Positions 9,663 through 22,399 of a DNA stretch of 64,000 nt are shown in pieces (the stretch's first letter is position 1; every line of letters starts with the position of its first letter). This DNA is from Mobula hypostoma (lineage: Eukaryota). The notes under the pieces are model-generated. The model did not search any database and was not told the origin of the DNA. It saw nothing but the letters and a program-made list of their open reading frames with translations. The translations under genes were made by a program, and so were the position numbers. The stretch is taken from contig NC_086106.1 of NCBI RefSeq assembly GCF_963921235.1, positions 23,126,001 through 23,190,000 of the forward strand. The letters run 5' to 3'.

Positions 9663-12340
9663 TTGCCAGCCCCACACCTGGACTCCATCACGCTGTCCGA
9701 CGATGAATTCACCAGGGTCCTGGCGGATTTCCCATCAGTACTGACACCGCAGTCCACGGCAGCCTTGCCCAGACACGGAGTACAGCACCACATCCCGACC
9801 CAGGGACCACCCCTCCACGCCCGTGCTAGAAGGCTTCCCCTGGACAAGCTCCGACTGGCGAAGGAGGAGTTCAAGAAGATGGAGGAATTAGGGATCATAC
9901 GACGGTCCGACAGCCCATGGGCTTCCCCCCTTCACATGGTGCCCAAGGCAACGGGGGGCTGGAGACCATGCGGAGACTACCGCAGACTGAACGAGGCTAC
10001 AACGCCAGACCGCTACCCTGTGCCGCACATTCAAGACTTCGCAGCAAACCTACACGGCGCAAGGATCTTTTCCAAGGTAGACCTCGTCCGGGGATACCAT
10101 CAAATCCCTGTACATCCGGACGACATCCCCAAAACAGCACTTATCACCCCGTTCGGACTTTTCGAATTCCTCCGAATGCCGTTTGGTCTAAAGAATGCCA
10201 CACAGACTTTCCAGCGGCTAATGGACGCAGTGGGACGCGACCTGGACTTTGCATTCATCTATTTGGACGACATCCTCATAGCCAGCAGTAGTCGGCAGGA
10301 GCATCTGTCCCACCTCCGCCAGCTCTACTCCCACCTGAGTGAATTCGGCATTACAATCAATCCAGCCAAATGCCAGTTCGGACTTGACACCATCGACTTC
10401 CTTGGCCACAGGATTACTAAAGACGGGGCAACCCCGCTGCCCGCCAAGGTAGACGCGGTCCGCCACTTCCCCCGACCCAACACAATCAAAGGCTTGCAGG
10501 AATTCGTGGGTATGGTGAATTTCTACCACCGTTTCCTCCCCTCAGCAGCCCGAACCATGCGCCCCTTGTTCACTCTAATGTCGGGTAAGGGCAAGGACAT
10601 TACCTGGAACGAAGAGGCCGCAACCGCTTTCGTTAAAACCAAAGAAGCCTTGGCAAACGCCGCGATGCTAGTGCACCCCAGAACGGACGTTCCTACTGCC
10701 CTCACGGTGGACGCATCCAACACAGCAGTCGGTGGAGTGCTGGAAAAACTTATCGAGGGTCGCTGGCAACCCCTGGCGTTCTTCAGCAACACCTACGACC
10801 ACCCGAACTCAAATGCAGTGCTTTCGACTATACCTGGCAATTCGGCATTTCAGGTACTTCTTAGAAGGTAGGCCCTTCACCGCGTTCACAGACCACAAGC
10901 CGCTTACCTTTGCGTTCACTAAGGTGTCCGACCCCTGGTCGTCCCGCCAGCAGCGACATCTGTCCTACATCTCCGAGTACACGACGGACATCCGGCATGT
11001 CTCTGGAAAGAACAATGTCGTGGCAGACGTACTTTCCAGACCTACCATACAGGCCCTGTCCCAGGGGGTGGACTATGCAGCGCTGGCAGAGGCACAGCAG
11101 GCAGACGCTGAGATCCCCAGTTACAGGACTGCAGTCTCCGGTTTGCAGCTCCAAGACCTCCCCGTAGGCCCAGGTGAGAGGACCCTATACTGTGTGACGT
11201 AGCTACCGGCCAACCCCGCCCCGTTGTCCCAGCAGCCTGGCGCCGGCGGGTGTGCGAATCCATTCACAAATTAGCGCACGCCTCCATCAGGACAACTGTC
11301 CGGCTGGACTCCAACAAGTTCGTGTGGCATGGACTTCGTAAACAGGTCAGTGAATGGGCCAAAACGTGTATGCAGTGCCAAACAGACAAGGTGCAGCGGC
11401 ACACCAAGGCTCCACCGTAGCGGTTCGAACCCATCCGCCGGAGGTTCGACCACATCCATGTGGATATCGTGGGGCCTCTGCCAGTGTCACGAGGAGCGCG
11501 GTACCTCCTAACTATGATAGACCGGTTCACCAGATGGCCAGAGGCAGTCCCGCTCAGCGACACCACCTCCGAATCCTGCGCCAGAGCACTGATCGCAACC
11601 TGGGTAGCACGCTTTGGGGTACCGGTCCACATTACCTCCAACAGGGGCGTCCAGTTCACCTCCAGCCTGTGGTCGGCTATGGCCAGAGTTTCAGGAACAC
11701 AGCTACACCACACAACTGGCTACCACCCACAGTCGAACGGACTAGTGGAGCGCTTCCACCGTCACCTGAAATCGGCTCTCATGGCACGCCTGGAGGGGCC
11801 TAACTGGGTGGACGAACTTCCCTGGGTCCTGCTCGGAATCCGCACGGCGCCCAAAGAGGATCTACACAACTCGTCGGCCGAGTTGGTGTACGGCGCACCC
11901 CTGGTCGCCCCAGGAAAGTTCATACAAGCCCCAAGGGGGCAAAATGAAGAACCCACAGCAGTCCTGGACTGACTACGGGAGAGGCTCGGTAACCTGGTCC
12001 CCATACCCACTTCACAGCACGGACAGAGCCCGACCTTCGTACCCAAAGACCTGCAGAACTGTAAGTTTCTTTTTGTACGACGGGGCGGACACCGGGCACC
12101 GCTACAGCGGCCCTACGAGGGGCCGTTTAAGGTGATCAGGAACAACGGGTCCACGTTCGTGCTGGACATTGCGGGGGGAAGAGGAGGTTTTCACGGTGGA
12201 CCGACTCAAACCGGCCCATGTGGACTTGGCGCAACCGGTCCAGGCTCAGGCACCGCGGCGCAGGGGCAGACCTCCCAAACAGAGGCCGATCCAGACTGTG
12301 GACATTGGGGAAGGTATCGCCGGTTCTGGGGGGCGGGGGG
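9663..12340 (+). pseudogene. Gypsy pol (RT, RNase H, integrase) with frameshifts and stops
   Basis: [25 protein letters not shown]; RNase [11 protein letters not shown]; integrase DIVGPLP..TMIDRFTRW..SNGLVERFH. Indels near 10787, 10818 and 11187; stops at 11418-11420 and 11970-11972. Confidence 0.93.
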
Positions 12341-12341
12341 G
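12328..12341 (+). promoter_or_regulatory. Polypurine tract (G-rich)
   Basis: GGGGGGCGGGGGGG, 3 nt before the 3' LTR. Confidence 0.85.
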
Positions 12342-12344
12342 TTA

Positions 12345-12631
12345 TGTGGCGACCCATTTTCTGGCACCCACGAACCGGCTCACGAAACAGCGCGCGCAGG
12401 CAGAGGGCCGGCGGCAAAAAGGGCGCCAGGCCATCTTCACCAGCAGGGGGAAAATCCCACGCGCAGAAAGGGTCTGGGAATATGCATTCCCCACAGTAGT
12501 CCCACCCAGGGAGGGCGGGAACGGGAAGGCTTTAAAGCGGGCCGCGAAGTTTGAATAAATCTCTTTCATCGCAACTCTAACTCACCGACTCCGTGTGGTT
12601 ATTCTAGCGCTGTGTGTAGCACATCGCAACA
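12345..12631 (+). repeat. 3' LTR of Gypsy
   Basis: tgtggcgac...tcgcaaca followed by TSD ATAC. Confidence 0.97.
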
Positions 12632-12956
12632 ATACTATTAGCTTAGTCCTATACACGACTTAATGTGCAGAGGTACGGGGAAATACAGAGAAAGCAAATA
12701 CAATCTCATTTTTCCTCTCCAAAAGAAAACCATAAGAATTTGCAAACAAAGCGAGATATTATAAGCCAAGAAATCCACTATTTGTTCAAGTAAATCTTTA
12801 CAATTCAGAGATTTCGTACATTGAAAAATAATAAGAATTATATATAAAGTAAAAATGGACAGTTACCACAAAGTATCCAAAGACTGTTTAAAATGCGAGA
12901 ACGTCAACATGATTAGAGAGGAACATGTATATTTCAAACACAAAGCATAAGAAGAA

Positions 12957-12971
<15 letters not shown>

Positions 12972-12999
<28 letters not shown>
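12972..12999. repeat. (AT)14 microsatellite
   Basis: Directly visible. Confidence 0.95.
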
Positions 13000-13002
<3 letters not shown>

Positions 13003-13362
13003 ATTTCAGTCAGAGGGGTGAATCTATGGAACAGTTGTAGTAAGAATTCAAAAACATGCGCCACACTTAATAAGTTTAACAAAAGAGAATACTTCAACGT
13101 ACAGAAATAAAACACATGATTTTAAATGAATGAGAGTAATGTAAACAAGTGATGCCTCGAATTGGATTTAGGTAGGAGGGTGCTATTTAAAAAAAAATAA
13201 ATGTGCTAGATTTTCAAAATGTATTTCTTCTTTCTTAGGCCCCTAGGCCACGAACTTATCAATCACCCCTGATAGGTAGGAGGGGTAGGGGTAATAAGCT
13301 GTAGCTTCAGCCTGAACCCGTTCGGTCTGTTTTAGAGATTTTTATCTATGAAATCATCCTTA

Positions 13363-16097
13363 TGTCATAATGGGGACGGCGCTGGGAGCGCACGCAAATA
13401 CAAGGCACAGACACTGAAGTACCAGGAAAAGGCTAGGGCTAGAGGCTAGGATTAGGGATGTGACTGGATGCTGTCTAGGAGCTGGGACAGGAACACAGAC
13501 CTGGGCGAGGGCATTGGCTAAGCTAGCGGGACTAGGACAACGGACTTGGAACTAGCAGCCTGGGCTTGAACTCCAAGCAAGAGACTGGACAAGGACCCAA
13601 AACCTGAGTGTTGACTCGGGCTCTGAACCCTGAACCATGCGAAGACTTGACGTGGCTACAGGATTGGACATAGCATGGTTTCATCCGGGCTTGGATTGTT
13701 CCTGGCTTGGGCTCCTCGAGGCATGGTTTCCTCGAGCCTTGGGTTCCTCGAGGCGAGGACATGACGAGGCTTGGATTCTTCAAGGCGAGGACATGATGAG
13801 GCTTAGTTTCTTCGAGACGAGAACATGAAAAGGCTTTGGTTCGGACTCCGAGCCAGAGACTGGACAAGGTCCAAGAACCTAGGTCTTGACTCGGGCTCGG
13901 ACTCCGGAACTAGGCGAGGACATTTCGTGGCCTTATGAGAAAGAAACCTCGGAACACAAAACCGGAAGCCTTGACTTTACCTTGGCGAGGACAGGAAAAC
14001 ATAGCCTTGGTCTGGAGCACCGGAACACGGAGCTTTGGACTTGAAGGACAGGAACATGGAACACAGAGCCAGGACCACTCCCTGGCAACAGGACGTAGGG
14101 CCGGGACTCATTCAAAGAATGTTGAATACGACGAGACGGTTCCCAACACTAGCGGCTAACTGTCGGAACATGTTCTTTATTCCAGGCATTACAGTTTTCC
14201 CCATTTCCTACTGAGGCAGCTGATTCTCATTTGGGCTGGCTTCATAAATGCCTTAGGGATTCAGCTTCTGGCTGCTGGATTGTTCCTATCCATAACCCCT
14301 CTCTGAATACCTTCTATTTGTTGCCTCGCCTTGCCTTGTCTGAAGCCTTGACTCGCCTTGCCTCTGTGAAGCCTCGCCTTGCCTCGCCTGTAGACATGGT
14401 TCGCCTGTAGCCTTGCCTCGTCAAAAGCCACACCTGAAGCCCTGCCTCGTCTGAAGCCTCGCCTGAAACCTTGCATCGTCTGAAGCCTCGCCTGAAGCCT
14501 TTCCTAAAGGCTTGCCTCATTTGCAGCCTCTCCTCGCCTTGACTCGTCTGAAGCCTTGCCACGCCTTGCTTGTCTGAAGCCTTGCCTCGCCTGTAACCCT
14601 CGCCTACACCGCTGCCACGTTCCATAGCCGAAGCAAGATAAGGAACTGTCTGCTGCTGTTTTGAACAGTCTCTACGGCTGCGCCTTCGCTAGGTAGGCTA
14701 TACCTAGTGTGAGATCTGTCTTTGTGCCCTTGCCTTCGCTAGGAAGGTCTGGCCGTTTGCGAGGACCTGGCGTTGGGAACCGACTGTCTCCACGTTTCAC
14801 TGGGTAGGTCCGGCCGTCTGCCGTTGGGAGCCGTCGTGTCGTATTCTGCATTCTGTGTAATGAGTTCCGGCCCTACGTCCTGTACCCAAGGAGGGCTCCC
14901 GGCTCTGTGTTCAATGTTCCTGTCTCACCCTCGACCAAGGCTCTGCGTTCCTGTCTCCCCCTTTGAAAAAGGCTCTGCTTTCTGTCTCGCCCTCGATCAA
15001 GTAAAGGCTACCGGGTCTCGTCTAGTCCTAGCCACGATATAAGAACCTTGTCCGGTCGAAGCTACGCTTTGTGTGCTTGTCTTTTCTATGTGTCCGGCCA
15101 AGCCCAGCAGTACCTTGCCCCGCCAGATTCTGGGGATCCTTCGTCCTCTGCCGGGGTTCCCTTTTCCGGTCCAGGAGTCTCACGTACAGTCCTGTTGCCA
15201 CTCGTCATCCGGAAGGTACGTATTGTCCTCGCGAGGTTCTGGGTCCTAGACCGTTCTCGGCTTGGAGTCCATACCCAAGTCTCGAAAAACCAAATACTCG
15301 TCATGTCATCACCCAGATCTGTGGTCCGAGGCCGAGTCAAGACCTAGGTTCTGGATTCTTCTCCAGTCCCTGGCTCGGAGTCCAAGCTCAGGCTCCTCGT
15401 TCAAATTTACACGTCCTGGTTCCGCTGTGCTAGTGAAGCCCTAGCCCAGGCCTTTTATCCTAGTCCCGACCAATGCCTCTGTCAGGTCCAGCGTCCTTTC
15501 TTCCCCGCTTCCCTTTATATCTTGACTAACCTAGTTCTGTTCCTTGTACTTCAGTGTCTGTGCATTGCATTTCGGTCCGTCCCAGCGCCCCCCATACTAT
15601 AACAGACACAGAGACAGTTCCGAGCACTATGTAGCGGCAGACAGCTGGAATGGACTCGCGGAGACGTGGACACAGAGACATTTCCAACACAACGATAGAC
15701 AGTTCCTTATCTTGACACAGCAAAGCTCCGGTTTCGCTACGTTGTTTGAATTTGACAAGGTTGCCGGCAAGGCTCCAGGCACAGGTTGCAGGCAAGGCTC
15801 GAGGCACTGGCTGCAAGCAAGACTTCATAAGGAAAGGGAAGAGAAGTGAACAGTCCAGCTTCAGGGTAACGGCAAAGACTGCCTGGCTTACCCAACGGAA
15901 GCGCGGACAGGATACTGACGAGACGAGCCAGCCACAACACTCGAACCCAGGGCCACTTATATTCCTAGCCTAAGACGAGTGTCAGGTTCCGATGATTAAG
16001 CCTAACTGAAAGAATGGACAGTCGGAAGACATGGAGTCCGGAGTCCACGGACCGAACCCTGAACCTGAACGCGGAAATCACGGACCGGACCATGCTA
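13363..16097 (-). mobile_element. Solo LTR of the miniature-LTR family, host to a nested copy
   Basis: tgtcataatgggg...ggaccatgcta, homologous to LTR-A/B/C. Perfect 5-bp TSD CCTTA at 13358-13362 and 16098-16102. Confidence 0.88.
14161..15604 (+). mobile_element. Oppositely oriented LTR of the same family nested in the solo LTR
   Basis: Reverse complement of the LTR modules, ending ...catactataaca. About 37 bp are missing at the left end and there is no TSD. The host LTR resumes at 15605. Confidence 0.82.
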
Positions 16098-16411
16098 CCT
16101 TATGAAATAATCGTAGAAAATTATGCTTTCTGGTACGTTTGTACTGACAGAAATAAAACTTCATGCGTTCATTCATTCATTCAAAATCAAAAGGATTCAG
16201 ACTACGTTCACGAATATCATTCCGGGTTTGAAAGGCTTGCCATTTGAGGCGTGTTTAATGATTCTGTGTGCATAGTCGTATGAAGTCGGAAAGAAGAGGG
16301 GTGATCACATTCAAATCTTTCCAATCTTGAAAGCCTTGAGAGAGCGGGTATAGGGAGGCTGTTTCCCTTGATGGGAGAATCTAAGACCAGAAGACATCAC
16401 CTCAGAATAAA

Positions 16412-16526
16412 TGGTGAACATAGCAGGCCAGGCGGCATCTCTAGGAAGTGGTACAGTCGACGTTCCGGGCCGAAACGTCGACTGTACCTCTTCCTAGAGA
16501 TGCTGCCTGGTCTGCTGCGTTCACCA
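16412..16526. repeat. 115-bp near-perfect palindrome derived from a Penelope-type terminal repeat
   Basis: Arms tggtgaac...cagtcgacgtt and aaacgtcgactg...gttcacca with about 6 mismatches in 54 bp. The arm matches the sequence near 63225-63270. Confidence 0.85.
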
Positions 16527-16533
16527 GAAACTT

Positions 16534-18770
16534 AGAACCATAGAACCATATAAACTACAGCACAGAAACAGGCCTTTGAGTGTTTCTTGGCTGTGCTGAA
16601 ATATTTACTGCCCAGTCCCACTGACCTGCACACGGAACATATCCCTCCATACACCTCCCATTCACGTATCTGTCCAAATTCTTCTGAAATGTAAAAAAAA
16701 ACGCATTTACCACCTCGTCTGGCAGCTCATTCCGCACTCCCAACACTCTTTGTGTGAAGAAGGCCCCTCCCCCAATATGTTCTATAAACTTTTCCCCCCT
16801 TCACCCTTAATCCATGTCGTCTGTTTTTTTTTTCTCCCCTTGCCTCAGTGGAAAAAAGCCTGCTTGCATTCACTCTCTCTATACCCATCATAATTTTATA
16901 TACCTCTATCAAATTTCTTCTCATTCTTCGACGCTCCAGGGAATAAAGTCCTAACCTATTCAACCTTTCTCTGTAACTGAGATTGTCAAGCCCCGTCAAA
17001 ACCCTTGTAAACCTTCTGTGCACTCTTTCAGCCTTTTTAATATCCTTCCTGTAATCTGGTGACCAAAACTGAACACAATACTCCAGATTCGGCCTCACCA
17101 ATGCCTTATACAACCATATCATAATATTCCAGCTCCTATACTCAATACTTTGATTAATAAGGCCAGAGGAGACTGAGCAGCGCGCCTGCGCGTGCGCAGC
17201 CCTCCGGCGAAAAAATGATATCATATCCGTTAAATAGGTGCCGTGGACAATTCTGATTTGATGGAGAATGGACGTGAAAGGACAGAGGAACATTTGGAGA
17301 ATTTTTTGAAACACTCGTTTGCTGCCGTCGTTACTGCGTGGTCGGGAATTCTTCGGTGGGTAGGCCTCAAAATCCCCGGCTTTGCATGCTGTTGGCGAAC
17401 GAGGTTGAGGTCGAATCGTTCGGACAGATATGGCGCTCAGTACTCGGTGTCGGAGGGCTGATCAGAGCTCGAAGTTTTCGGATGACTCAGAGTCGGACTG
17501 TGGTCGGCATGGCAGGGAGAGTTTTTCTTCCTTCTTCCGTCTGCGTGAGATGTAGGACATTTGAGAGATTTTGAACTTTTACTGTGATCATGGACTTCTT
17601 CATCAAGTTATGGTATTGTTGCACTTTTGTTACAATATGTTATTATTATGTGGTTCTGTCGATTTTTCTTTTTCAGTCTTGTGTTTTCTGATATCACACC
17701 GGAGGAAATATTGTATCATTTCTTAATGCATGCATTAAGAAATGACAATAAAACAGGACTACGTGGCATCATATTCTAATAAAGGCCGGTGTACCAAAAG
17801 CTCTCTTTACGCCCCGTCTACCTGTGACGCCACTTTTAGGGAATTTTGTATCCCAGATCCCTCTGTTCTACTGCATTCCTCAGTGCCTTACCATTTACCC
17901 TGTATGTTCCACCTTGGTTTGTCCTTCCACAGTGCAGTAGCTCACACGTGTCTGTATAAAATCTATCTACCATTTTTCAGCACATTTTCCAGCTGGTCCA
18001 AATCCCTCTGCAAGCTTTCAAAACCTTCCTCACTGTCCACTACACCTCCAATCGTTGTATCATCAGCAAATTTGCTGATCCAATTTAACACATTATCATC
18101 CAGATCATTGATATAAATGGCAAATAACAATGGACCCAGCACTGATCCCTGTGGCACACTACTAGTCACAAGCCTCCGCTCTGAGAAGCAATCCCTTACT
18201 ATCACTCTTTGGCTTCTTCCATTGAGCCAATGTCTAATCCAATTTACCACCTCTCCATTTACACCTAGCGACTGAATCTTCCTAGCTAACCTCCCAGGCG
18301 TGACCTTGTCAAAGCCCTTACTAGACAACATCCACTGCCTACTCTATCCATTTTCCTGGTAATGTCCTCGAAAAACTCCAATAGAATGGTCAAACATAAC
18401 CTAACCCGCACAAAGCCATATTGACTCTCCCTAATAAGTTCCTGTCTATCGAAATGCTTGTAGATTCTGTCTCTTAGTACTCCCTCCAAATACTTATCCA
18501 CTATCGACGAAAACTTACCGGCCTATAATTTCCCGAATTACTTTTAGATCTTTTTTTTTAAACAGCGGAACAGCATGAGCCATTCTTCAATCCTCCGGCA
18601 CCTCAACCCGTAGACACCGACATTTTGAATATATCTACCAGAGCCCCTTGCAATTTCAACACTATTCTCCCTCAAGGTCCAATGGAATACCCTGTCTGGT
18701 GCTGGGAATTTATCCACTATAATTTGCCCTAAGATAGCAAGCACAGCCTCCTTTTCAATCTGTAACAAGC
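16534..18770 (-). mobile_element. 5'-truncated CR1 LINE with (CTATGGTT)n tail, interrupted at 17165-17776
   Basis: [30 protein letters not shown] (ORF 17963-18331); C-terminal LYKALVRPNLEYCVQFWSP; tail agaaccatagaaccata at about 16534-16550. Confidence 0.92.
17165..17776 (+). mobile_element. About 610-bp non-coding retroposon (SINE-like, no evident tRNA head)
   Basis: TSD-like TAATAAGGCC (17155-17164) and TAATAAAGGCC (17777-17787). A homologous copy lies at about 41035-41675. 3' end ATGCATGCATT..GACAATAAA. Confidence 0.8.
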
Positions 18771-19129
18771 ACCTCCTAATTTTCAATCTTCGATATGTGT
18801 TGCTTGATTTTCCAGCATCTGCAGATTTCCTTGTGTTTGCATCAGAACAAATGGTATCCTTTAAGAAAGCAGGTGCGGATGAATTTATTTCGCCAAAGAG
18901 CGATGACTCTCAGTAAATCTTAGCTATACGCAGTTGTGGAGGACAAGATTGAATGCAGATTTAAGACAAACATTTACATATTACAGACTCGTCAGGATTT
19001 GGGGGTAAATTGGCAGAAGACACAAGACTGGGGCAGAGAATAAAATTGTATCTGCCATTATGAAATGTGGCAGCAGATTTGATGGGTCAAACATCGTCAG
19101 GAAATGGCAGACGAGTTATGAGAACTGGC

Positions 19130-19330
19130 AAGAACACATCTCAGGGCATGTAGTCAGGGTGTGTGCACACTTGCCCACTGATATCTTTACGGACTTCTTC
19201 AATACTTCACTTATTCAGATTTCGTATTATCCGCGATCATCCCAGTAACAAATAGATAACAACTTTGAGACCAAATGACTTAAACAACTACAGCTAGATA
19301 GCATTGACTCCATAGTGTCCAGTGCCCTGA
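19130..19330 (+). mobile_element. Rex1/Babar-like LINE RT remnant
   Basis: Decayed GHVVRVCAHL.TDIFTDFFNTSL..NDLNNY..IALT, matching the Rex1-type RVCA.QLAGVFTDIFNLSL...LNDYRPVALT. Confidence 0.55.
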
Positions 19331-19499
19331 ATTGGTTTGGCGACACTGGACACTGACCATTATTTTGAACGACTGAATCTCTCTAACTTGGAGCGTTTTC
19401 TATGTGTCTGAATACATAAGTATTAGGAGAGACACTGACCAATAAGGAATACGCAGGCTGTCTTCGTTGTCCCAGCAACCTTATTGAGTTTTACTTTTT

Positions 19500-20310
19500 T
19501 TAAGAGAACTACCAGAAATATTAATGAAGGTACTACATTGTCTTTAGCAAGGCAATTGACAAGGTCCCACAGGGAAGTCTGTCAAGAAGGTTCAGTAGTA
19601 TTAAATTGGATAAGGTATTGGCTTTGAGGGAGGATCTGCAAAGTGAGAGTAGATGTTGCCTCTCTGATGGGAGTACTGCGACTACTGGAGTAGCACACGG
19701 GAGTTGTGTGTAATCTATATCGCGGATCCTGTTGTCAATGTGGATAACTGCATAAGAAATTTGCTGATGACTACGATATTTAGGTCTAATGGACAGCGTG
19801 GAAGGTTATCATGGGTTGTAGGGAGCCCTGCAGCAGCTGGAAACATGGGTAGGAAAATGACAGGTGAGATGTGTTGCACTTTACCAGCAGGTTAATCTTA
19901 CAGAGTGAAAGGTAGGAAACAGACGAATGCGGTTGAAAAAAAAAAGGAATCTGAGATAATAGGTTCTCAAATCTTTGAAAGTTGTATCACAGGTAGATTG
20001 GAACTCAAAGGAAGCTCTTGTCACAGTAGCTTTAAAAAAAAATAATATATGGTACAGGAGCGGGATGGCACGTTAACTTTGTATAAGGCGTTGGTGAGGA
20101 ATAATTCGGCTTATTGTCGGCTGTTCTGGTCAGCTATCGGCTGGAAAGTTGTACGTAAGGTTGAAATGGTGCAAATAATATTGATAAGAATGTCTCCAGG
20201 TCTGGCAGTCCTGAGTTATGAGGAAAGAATGAATAAGTTAGGACTTTATTCCTCAGAACTTAGATATTTGAGAGGAGATTTAACAGAGGTACAGAAACTT
20301 ATGAAGGATA
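19500..20310 (+). mobile_element. Highly decayed CR1 RT/3' fragments
   Basis: Remnants of FSKAIDKVP and TLYKALVR...MNKLGLYSSELRYLRGDL. Confidence 0.6.
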
Positions 20311-20311
20311 T

Positions 20312-20780
20312 TGTCGTGGAAACACTAGTTAAGAAGACCAGTGACTTCAAGTTTCGTTTTATAAGTTTATTTACATGATCATGGAGAGTCTCCAGCAGTC
20401 TCCACCCCCACCTGAGCTCTGATTTTTAGGTTTACAGAACTCATATTCATACAGCATGATAATCAACTTTAGATAACTTTGTTTGGCATCTCACAGCCAG
20501 TACATGATCATTTGTTCAAAAAACACGTGAATTATCTCTCACCGTGAGTCCAGCAGTTACTCCTGACTCGTGATATCGGGACTCATAAGTTACCCCCAGA
20601 AGCAGCACCCCTCCTGTTTCCAGAAACCTTTTACTTTTTTTTTATTTTGAGTTTCTGATATTGCGCTTATAATCCAAGGTTATTCTCAGCATGCATTAGC
20701 AGTCGTAAACCCAGAATCTCCAGAATTGTCCAGTATCCCAATCAGGCTTACATTCACTTCGCTTGGCTGAGAATATAACA
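20312..20780. repeat. Possible LTR-like insert in CR1
   Basis: Starts tgtcgtgg and ends tataaca, and interrupts CR1 homology. No TSD was found. Confidence 0.3.
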
Positions 20781-21049
20781 AAACGTAATGTTTTAAGGAT
20801 GAAACAACAAAAGTTTTAGGGAAACATGAGAGGAAACCTCTTCAGTAAGAGGTCGTGAGATTATATAATCAGTTGTCAGCACACATGGTGCATGTGAAAT
20901 CGATTTAAAAGAAAGCGAAGTATTGATAGTTACATGGATTCTGTCGTATGGAGAGCTGTGATCCGGGTGCAGGTCCAAATGACGAAGTCGTTTATGACTC
21001 CTCGATTTTATACGTTTATAGCTCTAAGGCCACGTGTCATTATACCTAA

Positions 21050-21400
21050 CATACAACAGGCCGCACCACGTCTTGAAAAGAGGAAATTTTGTGTCCGAAT
21101 TTTGTTTCTAGATTTTCGTTCGGTATTCAACACTGTTGTCCCACAGACATTTGCCAGGAGACCGTTACTGCTCATTTTAAGTATACTACTGCAAAATTGT
21201 ACTGGACTACCGAATCAACGAACTACAGGTAGACAGGACGCACAACGTTACGCCATCTCCAGCATTTTTAACATGAGTGCCACTCAGAATTGTGTGCTGA
21301 CTCAACTGTTGTACGCTCGGTTCACAAACTACCACAAGGCCAATGTTCTGAACAAAAATATGGAGACACGGCAATGGTGAGACTCACCACCAAACGCCCT
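21050..21400 (+). mobile_element. Rex1/Babar-like RT remnant
   Basis: VRILFLDFRSVFNTVVP..ATQNCVLTQLLYA resembles VRMLFIDYSSAFNTIVP..GAPQGCVLSPLLYS. Confidence 0.65.
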
Positions 21401-21471
21401 GTAGAGAGTAGGTGCAAGAGCCTGCAACCGGGATCCATGGAATTAATGTCTTCATAAAAGTTACCAAAATA

Positions 21472-22060
21472 CCAGGGCTAGAGTTTAAGAGTCGCGATGT
21501 AATGATGCAGCTCTATAAATCTCTGGTTAGGCCACACTTGGAGTCCTATGTCCAGCTCTGGTCACCTCTACTATAGGAAGGTTGTGGAAGAATTGGGAAG
21601 GGTACAGAGGAGATTTACCAGGATACTGCCTGGTTTAGAAAGTATGCATTATGATCAGAGATTATGGGAGCTAGGGCTTTACTCTTTGGAGAGAAGGAGG
21701 ATGAGAGGAGACATGATAGAGGTTTACAAGATAATAAGAGGAATAGATAGAGTGGATAGCCAGCGCCTCTTCCCCAGGGCACCACTGCTCAATACAAGAG
21801 GACATTGCTTTAAGGTAAGGGGTGGAAAGTTCAAGGGGGATATTAGAGGAAGGTTTCTCACTCAGAGAGTGGTTGGTGCGTGGAATGCACTGCCTGAGTC
21901 AGTGGTGGAGGCAGATACACTAGTGAAGTTTAAGACACTACTAGAAAGGTATATGGAGGAATTTAAGGTGGGGGCTTATATGGGAGGGAGGGTTTGAGGG
22001 TCGGCACAACATTGTGGGCCGAAGGGCCTGTACTGTGCTGTACTATTCTATGTTCTATGT
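21472..22060 (+). mobile_element. Young 5'-truncated CR1 3' end with (TTCTATG)n tail
   Basis: Open CR1 ORF2 C-terminal frame 21548-21997 (LGRVQRRFTR..LGLYSLERRRMRGDMIEVYKI). Tail ttctatgttctatgt. Confidence 0.92.
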
Positions 22061-22399
22061 AAATTGATATTCAGTGCAAAGTACACCATTAAACGTTCCC
22101 ATCCATAATAAACTTTAGCTACAATTTAGTGTGAAGAATTATACAGGGAATAGCCATAATGACTGGCTGCTGTGGATCAGATGAGATGAGAGCTGAAGAG
22201 GGCCTCAGTTTTGGCAGAAGCAGTGTTCACAGGAACACTCTCGAGGTTCCGTAGGTGCCATATAGCCATCGGGATGGTGTGTCGCCTCGCTGTTGACGGT
22301 AGCAGCGACGACACACTTGGGTCCATAATATTCTGAACGGCAAATTGAGCAGCCAGACGCCTTTATCAAAATTGGCGTTAAAACATCGGCTGAACATAT

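Larger units (their letters stand above)
8262..12631 (+). mobile_element. Full-length Gypsy/Ty3 LTR retrotransposon (4370 bp), recently inactivated
   Basis: 287-bp LTRs 8262-8548 and 12345-12631 (TG...CA, 12 differences by manual count). 4-bp TSD ATAC at 8258-8261 and 12632-12635. PBS, PPT and gag-PR-RT-RH-IN present. Confidence 0.97.
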
